This document shows, in pieces, positions 1 to 13,164 of a stretch of 64,000 nt of DNA. Each line of letters begins with the position of its first letter. Position 1 is the first letter of the stretch. Position numbers and translations under genes: made by a program. The notes under the pieces were generated by a model. That model searched no databases, was not told the origin of the DNA, and saw nothing but the letters and a program-made list of their open reading frames with translations. This DNA is from Paraspadella gotoi (lineage: Eukaryota > Animalia > Chaetognatha): assembly GCA_051294375.1 (NCBI GenBank), contig CM119263.1, positions 23,397,622-23,461,621 on the forward strand. The letters are read 5' to 3'.

Positions 1-3000
1 TACACGAAGGCGAACGAACTCATGGATTTCGCGCGCGCATGCGCGTCCTTTTTTCCTTTAAATCCGTCGCAACGTCGACGCTTGCATCGGCGGACCATCG
101 GCGGACCATCGGAATAAATAAAAAAAACAAACATTCGATAAATATTGACTAATTGACTGAGCGTGGAACGGGCGACGCCGTCCCATCACCCGCGGCGTCG
201 TTCGATTCTCCCCATTTTATTCCATTGGCGAACTCAATCGCCGCGAATTCCGTTACTACATTATTATATTATTATTATATTATATATTATTATTATTATT
301 ATACTACATTACTACAACAAGAATCCTCCTTTCCCTATCGTCCACTCAGCCGCGTTTCTCCATCATTTTTGACTGATCGAATCTGAGATCGATTTTTGGT
401 CAACGTCCCTGCTCATTTTCGATACCCCCTGGCCTCATAGTTTTCCCATCAACTCCATCGTCGATAACTGACCCTTTCCTCCATCGATCTTCGCGATCAT
501 TATCTTTTCCATTTTTCCAATTTTCACTTTATCACTCTTTCACTCTCACTCGCCATCGTCATCACCCCTTTCACACATCCCCCCCCCCCTAAAGCGGCGT
601 CGAGCGCGTCCGTGATTTATCCGATCCAAATATAATAGACAATAATTTATCTAGCGCCGACGACCGGCCGCCCCCTATCTTTTTTTTCCCTTCCTCTCAC
701 GCGAGCGCGCTCGCTACGCCGGCGCCGGGCCGGGCGGACCGGCGTCACGCGGCGCCGCGTCCCGGAGACATGTTTCACTCGAAACACTTGATGCTTAGGA
801 TAATTATGATCGTTAATCAACATTGTTTTGACCCGAGCCGTCGTCGGCGGCTCGGTCGTCGGTCCAGTTAGTTGTCGTCGTTGTTGTCCTTTGTTCACGT
901 TCGTCGTCTGCTCGCGACTTAAAAAAAGAAAAAGGAAAGGAAGAACAATGACGATCTGGGCGCCGAAGGATCCGATTATATCAAGGGGGAAAAATTACTT
1001 TTTATGAAGGAAGAGAGAGAGATGGAGATGAGAGAAGGAGAAGAGAAGAGAANNNNNNNNNNNNNNNNNNNNNNNNNNNNNNNNNNNNNNNNNNNNNNNN
1101 NNNNNNNNNNNNNNNNNNNNNNNNNNNNNNNNNNNNNNNNNNNNNNNNNNNNNNNNNNNNNNNNNNNNNNNNNNNNNNNNNNNNNNNNNNNNNNNNNNNN
1201 NNNNNNNNNNNNNNNNNNNNNNNNNNNNNNNNNNNNNNNNNNNNNNNNNNNNNNNNNNNNNNNNNNNNNNNNNNNNNNNNNNNNNNNNNNNNNNNNNNNN
1301 NNNNNNNNNNNNNNNNNNNNNNNNNNNNNNNNNNNNNNNNNNNNNNNNNNNNNNNNNNNNNNNNNNNNNNNNNNNNNNNNNNNNNNNNNNNNNNNNNNNN
1401 NNNNNNNNNNNNNNNNNNNNNNNNNNNNNNNNNNNNNNNNNNNNNNNNNNNNNNNNNNNNNNNNNNNNNNNNNNNNNNNNNNNNNNNNNNNNNNNNNNNN
1501 NNNNNNNNNNNNNNNNNNNNNNNNNNNNNNNNNNNNNNNNNNNNNNNNNNNNNNNNNNNNNNNNNNNNNNNNNNNNNNNNNNNNNNNNNNNNNNNNNNNN
1601 NNNNNNNNNNNNNNNNNNNNNNNNNNNNNNNNNNNNNNNNNNNNNNNNNNNNNNNNNNNNNNNNNNNNNNNNNNNNNNNNNNNNNNNNNNNNNNNNNNNN
1701 NNNNNNNNNNNNNNNNNNNNNNNNNNNNNNNNNNNNNNNNNNNNNNNNNNNNNNNNNNNNNNNNNNNNNNNNNNNNNNNNNNNNNNNNNNNNNNNNNNNN
1801 NNNNNNNNNNNNNNNNNNNNNNNNNNNTTAATGTAAATTAAGGTAAATTTTTAAAATGTATACTCATTTAAAGATTAAGAAGAAGCGAACATTAAAAGCA
1901 TAAAACGTTTATCATGGCATTCTTTCGAGTTTTTCTGATAATTGTGAGAAACGAATTTTCGAAAGTAGTAGTATTCCCACCTGCGGTTTCAACCACGGCC
2001 GTTTCAGCGAAATCCCCCCCCCACTCCCACCTAAACCGCCGAATATATCCCCTCCTCCCGTATCAACCACCCCCCCCCCCCTCTCACGCGACGCGTCGAG
2101 ATGAAGACGGAAAAACGGATGTGGGAAAATTCGTATTTCGTTGGAATTTCCACTTCATCTTTAATCAAGACCAGACGCGAATTCAAAAAGCCGCCTTTGC
2201 AAACTGACAAAAAAAAAACATTAAATTCAAAGGCAAAAAAAACCTGCGCCCCGTGCCGCTCCGCCCCTCTGCCGCTGCCGCTGCCGCCGCCGCCGGCGAC
2301 GACGCCACTGACGACGGAGAAAGCGCGGGGGATTTTTTTTTTCGACATCGGAAATGATTTGTCTCTTTTTTTTTACTTTCAAACTATACATTTTTCAGGG
2401 AATAATTTGTTTCGCTCTTTTAAATTCGCTAAATTGCGAAATGATTTTGTCGCGAGCGCCTGGGAGAGACGCCGGTTGGGGGTTCGGTTGGCTGGGGCGG
2501 AGAATGGGGTTTAAAAAGAGGGCGTGGCTGAGGGGGAACGATGTGGGTGACGGCGGGGACGAGATCCCGAGTGATTAACGTTCGGAAATGAAAAATAATA
2601 CAAGAAATATAAATCCGCGAGAAAAAAGTTTTTTTTTCCCGCGAATTCCATATGAAAGGAGCGACTTTTGTGGGTGAGATGCTTAGAGTTGATTAATAAC
2701 TTAAAAGGCGAAAAAAAAAGTGGTTTGGCGATAGTAACATCTAGTTTAGTAGTTGATTCAACATATAATCGAATTCAGGAATTAAGGATTAATTAAGGAA
2801 AAATTATAATTATTAATAATGGAATTGGTTGAATGTTATGGGTTAAAAAAAAAATGCATTGATGGAGGTCTTAAACCACCAAAGCCTGCCAAAGTCAGGG
2901 GCAAGATAGCTTATTTATTAAATGAAGGAATACTTTTATATTGGTTGTACCAATTTCTTTAAAAAGGAAATTTTGAATTAAAAAAACTGAGAAGGTTAAA

Positions 3001-3978
3001 GGAAGACTTTGAAAAAGTGAGTAAAAAAACCTAAAAAAGAAAAAAAGCGAAGTAAAAAACGAGGGAAAAAAAAAGGAAAAAAAATCACACAAAAAAAGAG
3101 AAGAAATTAGGAAAAAAAAGGGAAAAAAAGGGAATCGTGGAAGAAAACGATCGGCGTCTCTCGACTCACAGCGCCTCCTCTCATCATCGCCGCGACGAAA
3201 TCAACAGAAAACTACGACCAAAAAAAAAAAAAAAAAATAGAGAAACGAACAAAAGAACAAAAGACAAACAAAAGACAAACAAAAGACGTCGAAAACGGGA
3301 GAGGAAAAAAAAACGAAGACCACACACATCCACACAAAAGCGGCGTTCGAGGAGAGAAATCGGCGGTGGAGAGAGGCTTGGCGGGGGCGGTGGGGTAGGG
3401 GTGGGTGGAAGGAAGAAGAGAAAAAAAAAGGGGTTAGCGCTTCGCCGGAACTTAATGCGGAGAAAATGGTGTTGACGTTGGCGGCCGAAACGGCGCGGCG
3501 ACGCCGACAACGCCGGCGATGATTAAGCGACGCCGAATTCAAAAACCGGAAAAAAAAAAAGAATAAGGCCTCGAGAAATGAATGTCCTTCGGTATTATTA
3601 TTATTTTTTTTTTTCGCCTTCATCATCAGCGAATTATTTTTAGCAGCTTTTCACTGCGGCCGCCATTTTTTTTTGTGTGTTCGCCGTCGTAGTCGTCGTA
3701 AATATCGTCGTCGTCGTCATTATCTCAGTCATTATCGTCACGAAGAACGAAGACGACGATGACGGCGACGATACAAAAGGGAGAGAGAGAGAGAGAGAGA
3801 GAAAAAATATATTCTCCCGGTTTTTTTGTCCTTCCATTCTCTTTTGGCGTCGGCGGCGTCGAAAGCGCCGCAAGAGGAGAGGAGGCGCCGCATTTTCGGG
3901 CGCGGGCGCGTTTGGGAAGGACTCCGACGTCGGTGTATTTTGGGAAGGAGGGAGGAGTGAGATAGAGAGAGAAAAATA

Positions 3979-4014
<36 letters not shown>

Positions 4015-4634
4015 AAATAAGAAAACAAAGAAAACAAATTTTCGGGATCTACTTTAGGGTCGACGCACAGAATTAAGCCTCATCGCCGCGAGATGGCGAA
4101 TTAGCGAGGGAAGAGAGAGAGCGAGACAGAGCCACGTCGTCCCGGAAACGGTGCCTGTTATATAGAGCGTCCCCACCCTCAAAACTCGCTTTCATCTAAG
4201 CACTTTAAACATCGCCTCTCATCTCTCTCCTCTCTCTCTCTTCTCCCTTCAACCTCCGCAATTTCTCCTCGATCTAATTTGCATATTTAACGTCGTAAAC
4301 GAAATTACGTCGCGGTTTCAGAGACGAACGACGGATCCGAATTACGTCGTCGGAGAGATTGTTTACGTTTTAGGTAAATATCGCGCCAATGTTATTCAAT
4401 GACGTTTCTTTTGTTTTTTTTTCTGTTTTTTTTTGACAGACGGAAACTAGGATGCGCAAGGACTTCGTCGAAATAAATTTCCAGTTATTTCCTGTCTGGC
4501 TAACTTTGTAATTTTCAGCTTCTTTTTTTCTATTGGTTTCTATTGAGTTATAATTTTCCCCTCTTCTTTTTATTTATAGTTTTTCCTGCATATCTCATTT
4601 ACTCTTCTTTTAATTTTCTCTACTATTCCTCTTT

Positions 4635-4845
4635 TCTTCTCTTCTCTTCCCTTCCCCTCCCTTCCTTTCCCCTTCCCTTCCCTCCCTTCCCTTCCCTTCC
4701 TGCTCCCCATTTTCCTCTCTCTCCCGCTGCCGCTTCCCCTTCCCTTCCTTCCCTTCCCTTGCCCTTCCCTTCCCTCCCTTCTCTTCCCTTCCCTCCCTTC
4801 CCTCCCTTTCCCTTCCACTTCCCTTCCTTCCCTTCCCTTCCCCGT
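4635..4845. repeat. Degenerate (CCCTT)n polypyrimidine microsatellite
   Basis: Directly visible. Confidence 0.85.
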
Positions 4846-4902
4846 TGCAAATCCACATCCCCATCCCTCTCTACTCACCTCATTGGCCTCTCATGCTGCT
4901 CA

Positions 4903-4927
4903 TCAAACAAAGAAGTCCGCGTCGGAT
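4903..4927 (-). CDS. Terminal coding exon, ...KSDADFFV-stop
   Basis: Acceptor tctcttttttcag at 4928. Phase 2 joins the previous exon and gives TGA at 4905-4903. A GTGAGT donor at 4878 would make a 3' UTR intron. Confidence 0.45.
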
Positions 4928-5038
4928 CTGAAAAAAGAGAAGAAGAAAAAAGAATGAAAAATCGAAGAGAGAAAAGAAAAAGAAGAAAGGGATCGAGAGG
5001 ATCGGTTTGACTCGTTTTTGCACAAGAGTCGGACGGTC

Positions 5039-5069
<31 letters not shown>

Positions 5070-5301
5070 CGAGAGAAGAGAAGGCGAGAGAGAGAGAAGA
5101 GAGGAGAGAGAGAGAGGAGAGAGAGAGGAAAGAATAAAAAAAGTAAAACGTAAATAGACTCGTCCGATGAAGAGAAAGAAGCGAAGATTTAAAATATTGA
5201 TAAGTAGAAAAAAACCTCGGAGAGCGGGGACGAAAAGCAGAGAGAGAGAGAGAGAGAGAGAGAGACTGAGATTAAGATTAAAGATATGGAGGGAGACTTA
5301 C

Positions 5302-5389
5302 TTCGAGTCGGCCGCTCCGTTGGGGATTCCTTGCCCAGGATTCGATCCAGATTTCATCAGCAGGATTTCGGAATGCGCTCGTTGAAGAG
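5302..5389 (-). CDS. Internal exon, putative cytoplasmic tail (LQRAHSEILLMKSGSNPGQGIPNGAADS)
   Basis: Strong acceptor ttttttttctttcag and donor GTAAGT; 88 nt; open in phase 1 to 2. A second frame (SSTSAFRNPADEIWIESW...) is also open. Confidence 0.6.
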
Positions 5390-6656
5390 CTGAAAGAAAA
5401 AAAACAAAGAGTAAACAACATCAATAATATCATTAATTTAATTATTAAAAAGCGAGGTTAATTTACTGCGCGAAGAAAATTGATTAGGAAAAACGATCGA
5501 GGAACGGCCGGGCGGAAGACGACGTGGAACGAGGGGGAGCGAGAAAAACAAAACAAGGAAGGAAAAAAAAAAGTACGGTAAGAATTACTGTTGCGTGTTT
5601 CAAGGTTTTCTTTCGTCCCGGCGGAATCGGGAGGAAAGGGGGGGAGATGGTAGGAAGGACGGGGCGGAAGGAGGAAGGAAAAAGGAGGAGGAAAAAGGAA
5701 AAGAAAGGTTGAGCGAAGAACAAAGGAATGACTTAAACTTCTGTGCTTTCATTTTTCTCTTCCCATTTCAACATTTGCCTTATATTTTTCCCTTCACTCT
5801 CCCTAACCCCCGAGTTTACTTAGATGTTTTTCAGTTCTCCCTCCGCTCTACGGAATATATGTGACACGGGGAAGGTGCGGGCGGCGGTGAGCGCAACCTT
5901 AATCGATTATCGTAAACGCAGTTTAAGAAACAAAAGATAAGGGTAAACAAAAGGGGAATGGAACTTGGGAGAAACGGAGACGAACGCGGAGAAAAATGGC
6001 GAGTGGTGGAGTGTGAGGTGATGGTTGGTGATTAGTGAGAAGAATAGTGAATCGCCAGGTGAAAGGTGTGATTTAGTGATTTAAAAATATTTGGGGAAAA
6101 ATTAACATTTTCAAAGGTTTCTTAATTAGTATATTTGCATAAGCCTTTGAGCCTGGTTTATGGGAAGTAGGTTTTTAAAGGTAGCAATGTATTAGGCTGT
6201 GAATTAGACAAGAATATATAGATTAGAGCGTAGTGAAAGTCACGTATGAAAATTCTAATTGTCAATTATGAACAACCTACCACCAGTGAACATTAACTTA
6301 TAAAAAAAATTAATTTTATATTTTTCAAGTTTAGTTTTTAGTTTTACTTTTCCAATAATTGTTGGTGAGAAATTAATAATTTAAATTATGCGAGATGGCG
6401 AATACCTACCAATACCATATATTTACTATACAAGCAAACTTCCAACTACGCACGACATTGTTGCTTTTCGCTTTAAGAATAATTCAATCGCAATTTAAGT
6501 CATTCGAACCGAGACTCAGGACTTTCCCGAGCGTTTAATCCTCCTTCTCTCCGCCAATGTTAATATACACTACCCGCGCGCCCATTGCCCCCCAACCTAT
6601 TCCGCCCCCGCTCCTTTTTACCCGGGCCCACACCTTCATTTCGTCAAAATACTCAC

Positions 6657-7001
6657 CCTAAGGTCAGCGTCAGCGACATTCGATGTCTACGCCGTCTTCA
6701 ATTTTCTCCACGAAAATTATCACAGTCGCTCCGAGCGAGACGATGGTCGGCGAAGGAGGGCCGGATGAGGACGCGGAGGACGAGCACGGCGGCGCCGGAA
6801 CAAGGCATGCCGCGACGGACCGAGGGAGAATGCGGCCTAAGCGGCCTGGAAGGTCCGAGGAAGCTACGATTACGCGCGGAGAGGGACGAGAGAACCATCG
6901 GCGAGGGGACTGCGCCTGCTGCACGGCGTCGTAAGGCGGGGCTCGGCGAGTGAATGGAGGGTGGAGCGTGAGGGTGCGAAGGGTCGGCCGGGAGTTTCGC
7001 T
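6657..7001 (-). CDS. Exon with a probable transmembrane helix, frame broken by several apparent indels (pieces: AAVLVL..VLI / TIVSLGATVIIF / WRKLKT..SNVADADL)
   Basis: GC-rich block bounded by acceptor cctttaccttcag (7002) and donor GTGAGT (6656). Hydrophobic segments in adjacent frames join into one TM followed by a basic stop-transfer if single-base insertions are assumed. It lies next to a 25-N gap. No single frame is open throughout. Confidence 0.5.
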
Positions 7002-7337
7002 CTGAAGGTAAAGGTGGTTGTGATGACCTCGATAATGAACTAATTCAACTAAAACTTGTTATTCCAGTATAATCTCTCTCTNNNNNNNNNNNNNNNNNNN
7101 NNNNNNATAAAAAGATTATAAAACAAAAGGTTAGACTTAAGCTCGTCAACGGCGCTCTTCTTGCTAAAAACTGGATCATACTTAAAAACATTAAAAGAGT
7201 AAATTGTCAGCTTGGTACATAGAGAATACTTAGTTAAACCTGTTAGTCTCTTTTTCTCTTAGAAAGTTAAACTTTTTTTTTTCTAGCACAGAAGAGACAG
7301 TAATAATTGTTATGAGTTAGTGACTGAACCGTTTAAT

Positions 7338-7499
7338 ATAAGCAGTCCCTGAGCTTCGGATCAGGCTGTAACACCCTATTACAGGCGGGTTAACCGGTTA
7401 AGCGCCCTGTCCCTCTCAGCGACGACCGGGCTGGAACCCCGGACCTTTGGGTTAGGAGGCGAATGACTTGCCTCCTGCACCATTTTAGTCCACCATCGC
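7338..7499 (-). mobile_element. tRNA-Arg(CCT)-derived SINE-like element in an intron
   Basis: Minus strand reads GCGATGG TG GACT AAAATGG...AGTC A TTCGC CTCCTAA CCCAA AGGT CCGGGG TTCCAG CCCGG TCGTCGC. Acceptor, D and T stems pair and A/B-box-like motifs are present. The anticodon stem is broken and the D-loop enlarged. About 80 nt of non-tRNA body follows. Confidence 0.55.
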
Positions 7500-7596
7500 A
7501 TCTTAATTACTACCGGCCGATTAATCATTTAAATTTCAGATTCACTTTCGAACGTCTCTTATTTCCGTTTCGCTTAAATCGCTGTTTTTTCCTCAC

Positions 7597-7986
7597 CTTC
7601 CCTTTCCCCTCCTCGACGAACGACGCCGTCTCCGTCTCTCCGGCGTCGTCTCTCGATCCGTCCTCGACGCCTGAGGACGCCGTCAGTTCGGCGTCGCTCT
7701 CCCGGCGCGATCTCGGCAATGACGCCATCTGTGCAGCGTCCGAGGTTTCGTGAGTTTCGAGTCTGGAATCGTTCGTCGGCGCCGAATCCGACGGAAGGTC
7801 GATTGAGGCGGCTTCGGAGGCGGAGGCGGTCGCGTCGGCAGCTTCGAAGACGTCGGCGACGTTATCGTCAGAGGCGTGGTTAAACTCGACGGAGTCTTTC
7901 GTCGTTTCGTTCTCCTCGATGCTCTTTTGTTTTCGATCGTCGGCGTCGAACGCAGCGACGTCTTCCTGCATCATTTTGCGCGGAAA
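7597..7986 (-). CDS. Exon of a putative single-pass membrane protein: acidic Ser/Ala/Asp/Thr-rich, probably disordered N-terminal region (FPRKMMQEDVAAFDADD...FVEEGKGK)
   Basis: A 390-nt stop-free, GC-rich frame inside AT-rich flanks. Acceptor ttttgtttcag ends at 7987 and donor GTGAGG starts at 7596. A possible start AAAATG is at 7974. Confidence 0.65.
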
Positions 7987-10420
7987 CTGAAACAAAAGTA
8001 ACGGGAAAGAAAATTAATGTTATTTATTATATTATTATCATTAATATTTCGCGACTATTTTAAACATTCAATTATAAATAAAACATAATAAAACAAGAGA
8101 AAAAATTGACGCAAAAAAATATAGAAATTGAAGAACGGAATTGATTTATTTATTTTTCTTTTTTTTCACTCTCATACGATTATAATCGAAAATAATCGAT
8201 AAAAAAAAATATAAAAAACTGTACAGTCATTCTCGCTCTGAGATCGCTCAATCAATAAATTGGCCGAACGGCCAACATTCTTTGCCGAGCGCGTATCGAT
8301 CGTTCTCTGAATTTATCATTAAGTTGAGTCGATCTGACAGAAAATATGCTATCTCGCGTTTTATCAATTGATCAAGCCATTTAAAAACAACAATCGATCA
8401 ATGAATCGGGCAGTTGTTCAGGCAATCAATCAAGCAATCAATCGATTAATAAATCAATAAAACTTATACGCTTGCGTTGTTCGTCCGCAGGCCATCGCTC
8501 ATTCAATCAATCAATCATTCTCAGACTTCATCGCCAATTCGTTCACTTGAGATTATAATACAAAAATTTATGAGGATACAAATTAATATTTGACATCTAA
8601 CATTATACAAAAAATAAAAAATTAGTCATGACATAATTTCTTGGACGAGAAAAAAGAACTCCATCGATTAATCGAAGACCGAGGGAGCGGGAAGCGGATG
8701 GGGGGGCGCCAGGGGGCGGAAGGAAATAATGTTCGATCGCGCGAAGCGACGCGCGCAAATTGGAAAGGATTTACTCTGTCTCAAAACTTCCGGGAGCGGA
8801 AAGGGTAGGGGGGGAATGATTTGGCATGGATTATAGAATTTGAGAACATTATTGTCAAAAGTAAAAACAACGAGCTCTCTCCCAAAATAGCCATAGACGA
8901 AGTGTAGACAATCTTTAAAAAGTGACGCTGCGCATTGAGCAAGCAGCTAAACTATAAAGTTCTGCAGAGTCTTGGATTCGCGTCGCCAACGACAACGCGA
9001 TAAATTAGGGAGACGAAGCATTCGGAAATCGATCGATAGGAAATGTAAGANNNNNNNNNNNNNNNNNNNNNNNNNNNNNNNNNNNNNNNNNNNNNNNNNN
9101 NNNNNNNNNNNNNNNNNNNNNNNNNNNNNNNNNNNNNNNNNNNNNNNNNNNNNNNNNNNNNNNNNNNNNNNNNNNNNNNNNNNNNNNNNNNNNNNNNNNN
9201 NNNNNNNNNNNNNNNNNNNNNNNNNNNNNNNNNNNNNNNNNNNNNNNNNNNNNNNNNNNNNNNNNNNNNNNNNNNNNNNNNNNNNNNNNNNNNNNNNNNN
9301 NNNNNNNNNNNNNNNNNNNNNNNNNNNNNNNNNNNNNNNNNNNNNNNNNNNNNNNNNNNNNNNNNNNNNNNNNNNNNNNNNNNNNNNNNNNNNNNNNNNN
9401 NNNNNNNNNNNNNNNNNNNNNNNNNNNNNNNNNNNNNNNNNNNNNNNNNNNNNNNNNNNNNNNNNNNNNNNNNNNNNNNNNNNNNNNNNNNNNNNNNNNN
9501 NNNNNNNNNNNNNNNNNNNNNNNNNNNNNNNNNNNNNNNNNNNNNNNNNNNNNNNNNNNNNNNNNNNNNNNNNNNNNNNNNNNNNNNNNNNNNNNNNNNN
9601 NNNNNNNNNNNNNNNNNNNNNNNNNNNNNNNNNNNNNNNNNNNNNNNNNNNNNNNNNNNNNNNNNNNNNNNNNNNNNNNNNNNNNNNNNNNNNNNNNNNN
9701 NNNNNNNNNNNNNNNNNNNNNNNNNNNNNNNNNNNNNNNNNNNNNNNNNNNNNNNNNNNNNNNNNNNNNNNNNNNNNNNNNNNNNNNNNNNNNNNNNNNN
9801 NNNNNNNNNNNNNNNNNNNNNNNNNNNNNNNNNNNNNNNNNNNNNNNNNNNNNNNNNNNNNNNNNNNNNNNNNNNNNNNNNNNNNNNNNNNNNNNNNNNN
9901 NNNNNNNNNNNNNNNNNNNNNNNNNNNNNNNNNNNNNNNNNNNNNNNNNNNNNNNNNNNNNNNNNNNNNNNNNNNNNNNNNNNNNNNNNNNNNNNNNCCT
10001 CGGATAGGTTTTCATGGGTCGTTTCAAAAGGGGGAGGAAAAAATAAGAGAGAGAAGAGAGAGAGAGAGAGAGACTGCGTTTTCACTAGTGTGAGGTTTTT
10101 TGAAGGGACATCCCGATTCTTCGACTTTTTTTTCGATGTTCTTTTTTTCGGTTCTCACGTTGAAAACCGGAAACGAAAAAAAAGAGAGAAAATCTCGACT
10201 GCTTTCGAATTTTTTTCCCCCCGAGAGAGGGAAAAAATCGAGTGCGAAAACAAAAGGCCGAAAGTCCGGAGAATTTATAAAATTGGAAAGGGGGGAAAGG
10301 AAAAATGATATAAAAATATTACTCGGTGCCAATTTTTGAGAAAAAAAATCAGTTACGCGTTTCATCTCGCGGTTTTACGAGAACCGAAGTCAAAATATTC
10401 ACACGCGAATTTCATTACGA

Positions 10421-10471
<51 letters not shown>

Positions 10472-11220
10472 TCGTCGTAGTCGTCGTCGTCGTCGCTGTA
10501 ATCATCACCGTCGGTGGTCTCAGCGTCGAAATGAAAACAAGACGAAAGGAAAAAAGGAAAGGTAAGGCAATGAAACGATTAAACTTTGCTTATGATTTGA
10601 TTTGATTTGATTTTGCCAAATCGAAATTCTTCGATATGTTTTCTTCGTTGTTTTCGTTTGTTTTGTTTACAATTTTTGAATGTTTTCATTTCGTCGAACG
10701 AATTACTCAATCGAATTTGCCGGCGAAATGAAAAAAAAAAAAAAAATCGACATCGAGACGAGGAACTTTCGAGCGACGAATGGAACGAGAAGGATTCGAT
10801 CGAAAAATGGAAAAAAGAAATTTTACCGAAAATGGAAAAATGGAAAAAAATGGAGTTGTTTTGGTCTCTCGATCGCTGGGTATCGATTAAGGAAAAGAAC
10901 CGGCCATTTTTCTCTTTTCTCTCTCACGTGACCCAGTTTGTTTCGATCGCGCGGTTTGTTTTCCGTCGCACGCAATCAAGTTCGGCGACAATTAATCGGA
11001 AAGTAAAACGGCGAAAGAAAAATCACGAAATGTGGAAATGGAGAGAGAGAGAGANNNNNNNNNNNNNNNNNNNNNNNNNNNNNNNNNNNNNNNNNNNNNN
11101 NNNNNNNNNNNNNNNNNNNNNNNNNNNNNNNNNNNNNNNNNNNNNNNNNNNNNNNNNNNNNNNNNNNNNNNNNNNNNNNNNNNNNNNNNNNNNNNNNNNN
11201 NNNNNNNNNNNNNNNNNNNN

Positions 11221-11257
<37 letters not shown>

Positions 11258-12075
11258 CGAGGAAAGCGTATTGGTGGGGGAGGAAAGTATCGGCAAAGAA
11301 GGAAGGAGAGAAGAGAGAAGAAAACGAATACAAAATAAAAGGAAAAAAAAGAAAAGGATAAATAGGAAAGAAAAGGGAAAAATAAGGAAATAAAAAAGGA
11401 ATGTTGTTGCCCCCCTCGAGTGTTTCTGTTTATCTTATTTCAAGCGAAGGCATGATTCAGCGAATTTCAGACATTTTTCGAATATGGATTATTTTCTCCA
11501 TCTCTCATGNNNNNNNNNNNNNNNNNNNNNNNNNNNNNNNNNNNNNNNNNNNNNNNNNNNNNNNNNNNNNNNNNNNNNNNNNNNNNNNNNNNNNNNNNNN
11601 NNNNNNNNNNNNNNNNNNNNNNNNNNNNNNNNNNNNNNNNNNNNNNNNNNNNNNNNNNNNNNNNNNNNNNNNNNNNNNNNNNNNNNNNNNNNNNNNNNNN
11701 NNNNNNNNNNNNNNNNNNNAATAAAAAGGAAAGAGAGACGCACCAGAGGCGCATCAAAGACGCACCAGAGGCGCAACAGCCGCGCGACGGGATTCGCCTC
11801 TGGGCGGCGCCACACGCGGGGCTCGGCGCAGCGGCACTTCCGGCGCCGTTAGCGTTTCATTTCGGCGCCGTTGCCGAGTTTTTTTCGGCATTGCATTCTC
11901 GCAAAAATGCTTATCTTTTTGCGGCGCCACCCTTGGAAGCCTGTTATTATTCGGGCGGCGCCGGGCGGTTGCGGGGATAAAGAAAGAGAGCGAGAGAGCG
12001 AGAAGAGAGTAGAGATGGAGCAGAGAGAGAGAGAGACGAGAAGAGAGGAGAGGAGAGAGAGACGAGGACGAGAGA

Positions 12076-12118
<43 letters not shown>

Positions 12119-13164
12119 TGAGTTTGCAAATTCGCCTCCAACAAAACGAGGATTTTATCGGTGAAATTATGAGGAGAGTCATCGGAAGAGAGGAGAGCAA
12201 GCGCTGCGCGAACAGAGAGAGGGGAGAAAGGGGATAATAAACAGCGGAAATGCGAGAGATAATGAATTTGGCCGACGAGGAAGGGAGAGAAAGAAAAGAG
12301 TGCAAAGAGGGAGAAGAAAAAGAGAGAATCAAACCGAGAAAAAAAGCGTGAGGAAGATAGATAAAATGCTGCGAGGCCTGCATCTCTCTCTCTTTCTCTC
12401 ACTTCTCTCTCTCTTCTCTCTCTCGTCTCCTCTCTCTCTCTCTTCTCTGCTCTCTCTCTCTCTCTCTCTCTCCCGGACGACGGATTTAAAGATGAATGCG
12501 AGTTTGAGCTGGAAAAACCACTTCATATCTGCGTTCGGGTGAATCTCCGTTTTTCCATCAATAACAAAAATATTCCTTTTATTCTTTCTCTCTCTTTCTC
12601 TTTCTCTCTTTGCCCCCTTCTCTCTCCCCTTTTCCCCCCTCCCCATTTTATTTTTCTTTTATTTTCTTTCATTTCTCTTTATTTCATCCTTTTTCTCTTC
12701 GAGTTGTTTATTTCCTCTTTATCTTCCCTAGTTTTCTCTTTCCTTTCCTCCGAATAAGCCGTCGAGAGTAAAAAAGGGAGGAAAGGAAATCTTTCTTTCC
12801 GGTTCTCATTTCTCCGTCGGCGTCGTCATCGCCATGGGCGTCGTCATCATCGGCGCGTAATTTTTTTTAATTCTCAACGCGGCGCTGATTTTGGTGAGCG
12901 ACGCCGGTCATGGAATAGTTTATTTTGATTTGGGCGCCCAAAAATCCATTTTCTTTTTAGTAAAAATTAATTCAAATGTCGCTTAATTCATTTTGAAATT
13001 CCCATCGCGATTCAGATTCTGTTTTATTTTCGATCTTCGAATGTTATTACTGATGAAGTGATAATACTCAAAAAGGAATCTGACTCCCAAGGTGAAAGAA
13101 AAAGAGGAAATTTTACCCTCAGAATGGATCGCTCGTACCTTTGAGGTTTGCTTTAAATAACGCT

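Noticed and set aside
7419-7499. Functional tRNA-Arg(CCT) gene
   Set aside because: The anticodon stem has two C-C mismatches, the D-loop is oversized and the T-loop is non-canonical.
6657-7986. Cadherin-like motifs (VAAFDADD; ATVIIFVE)
   Set aside because: No full cadherin repeat or DxNDNxP/LDRE motifs. The segment fits a TM plus basic stop-transfer better.
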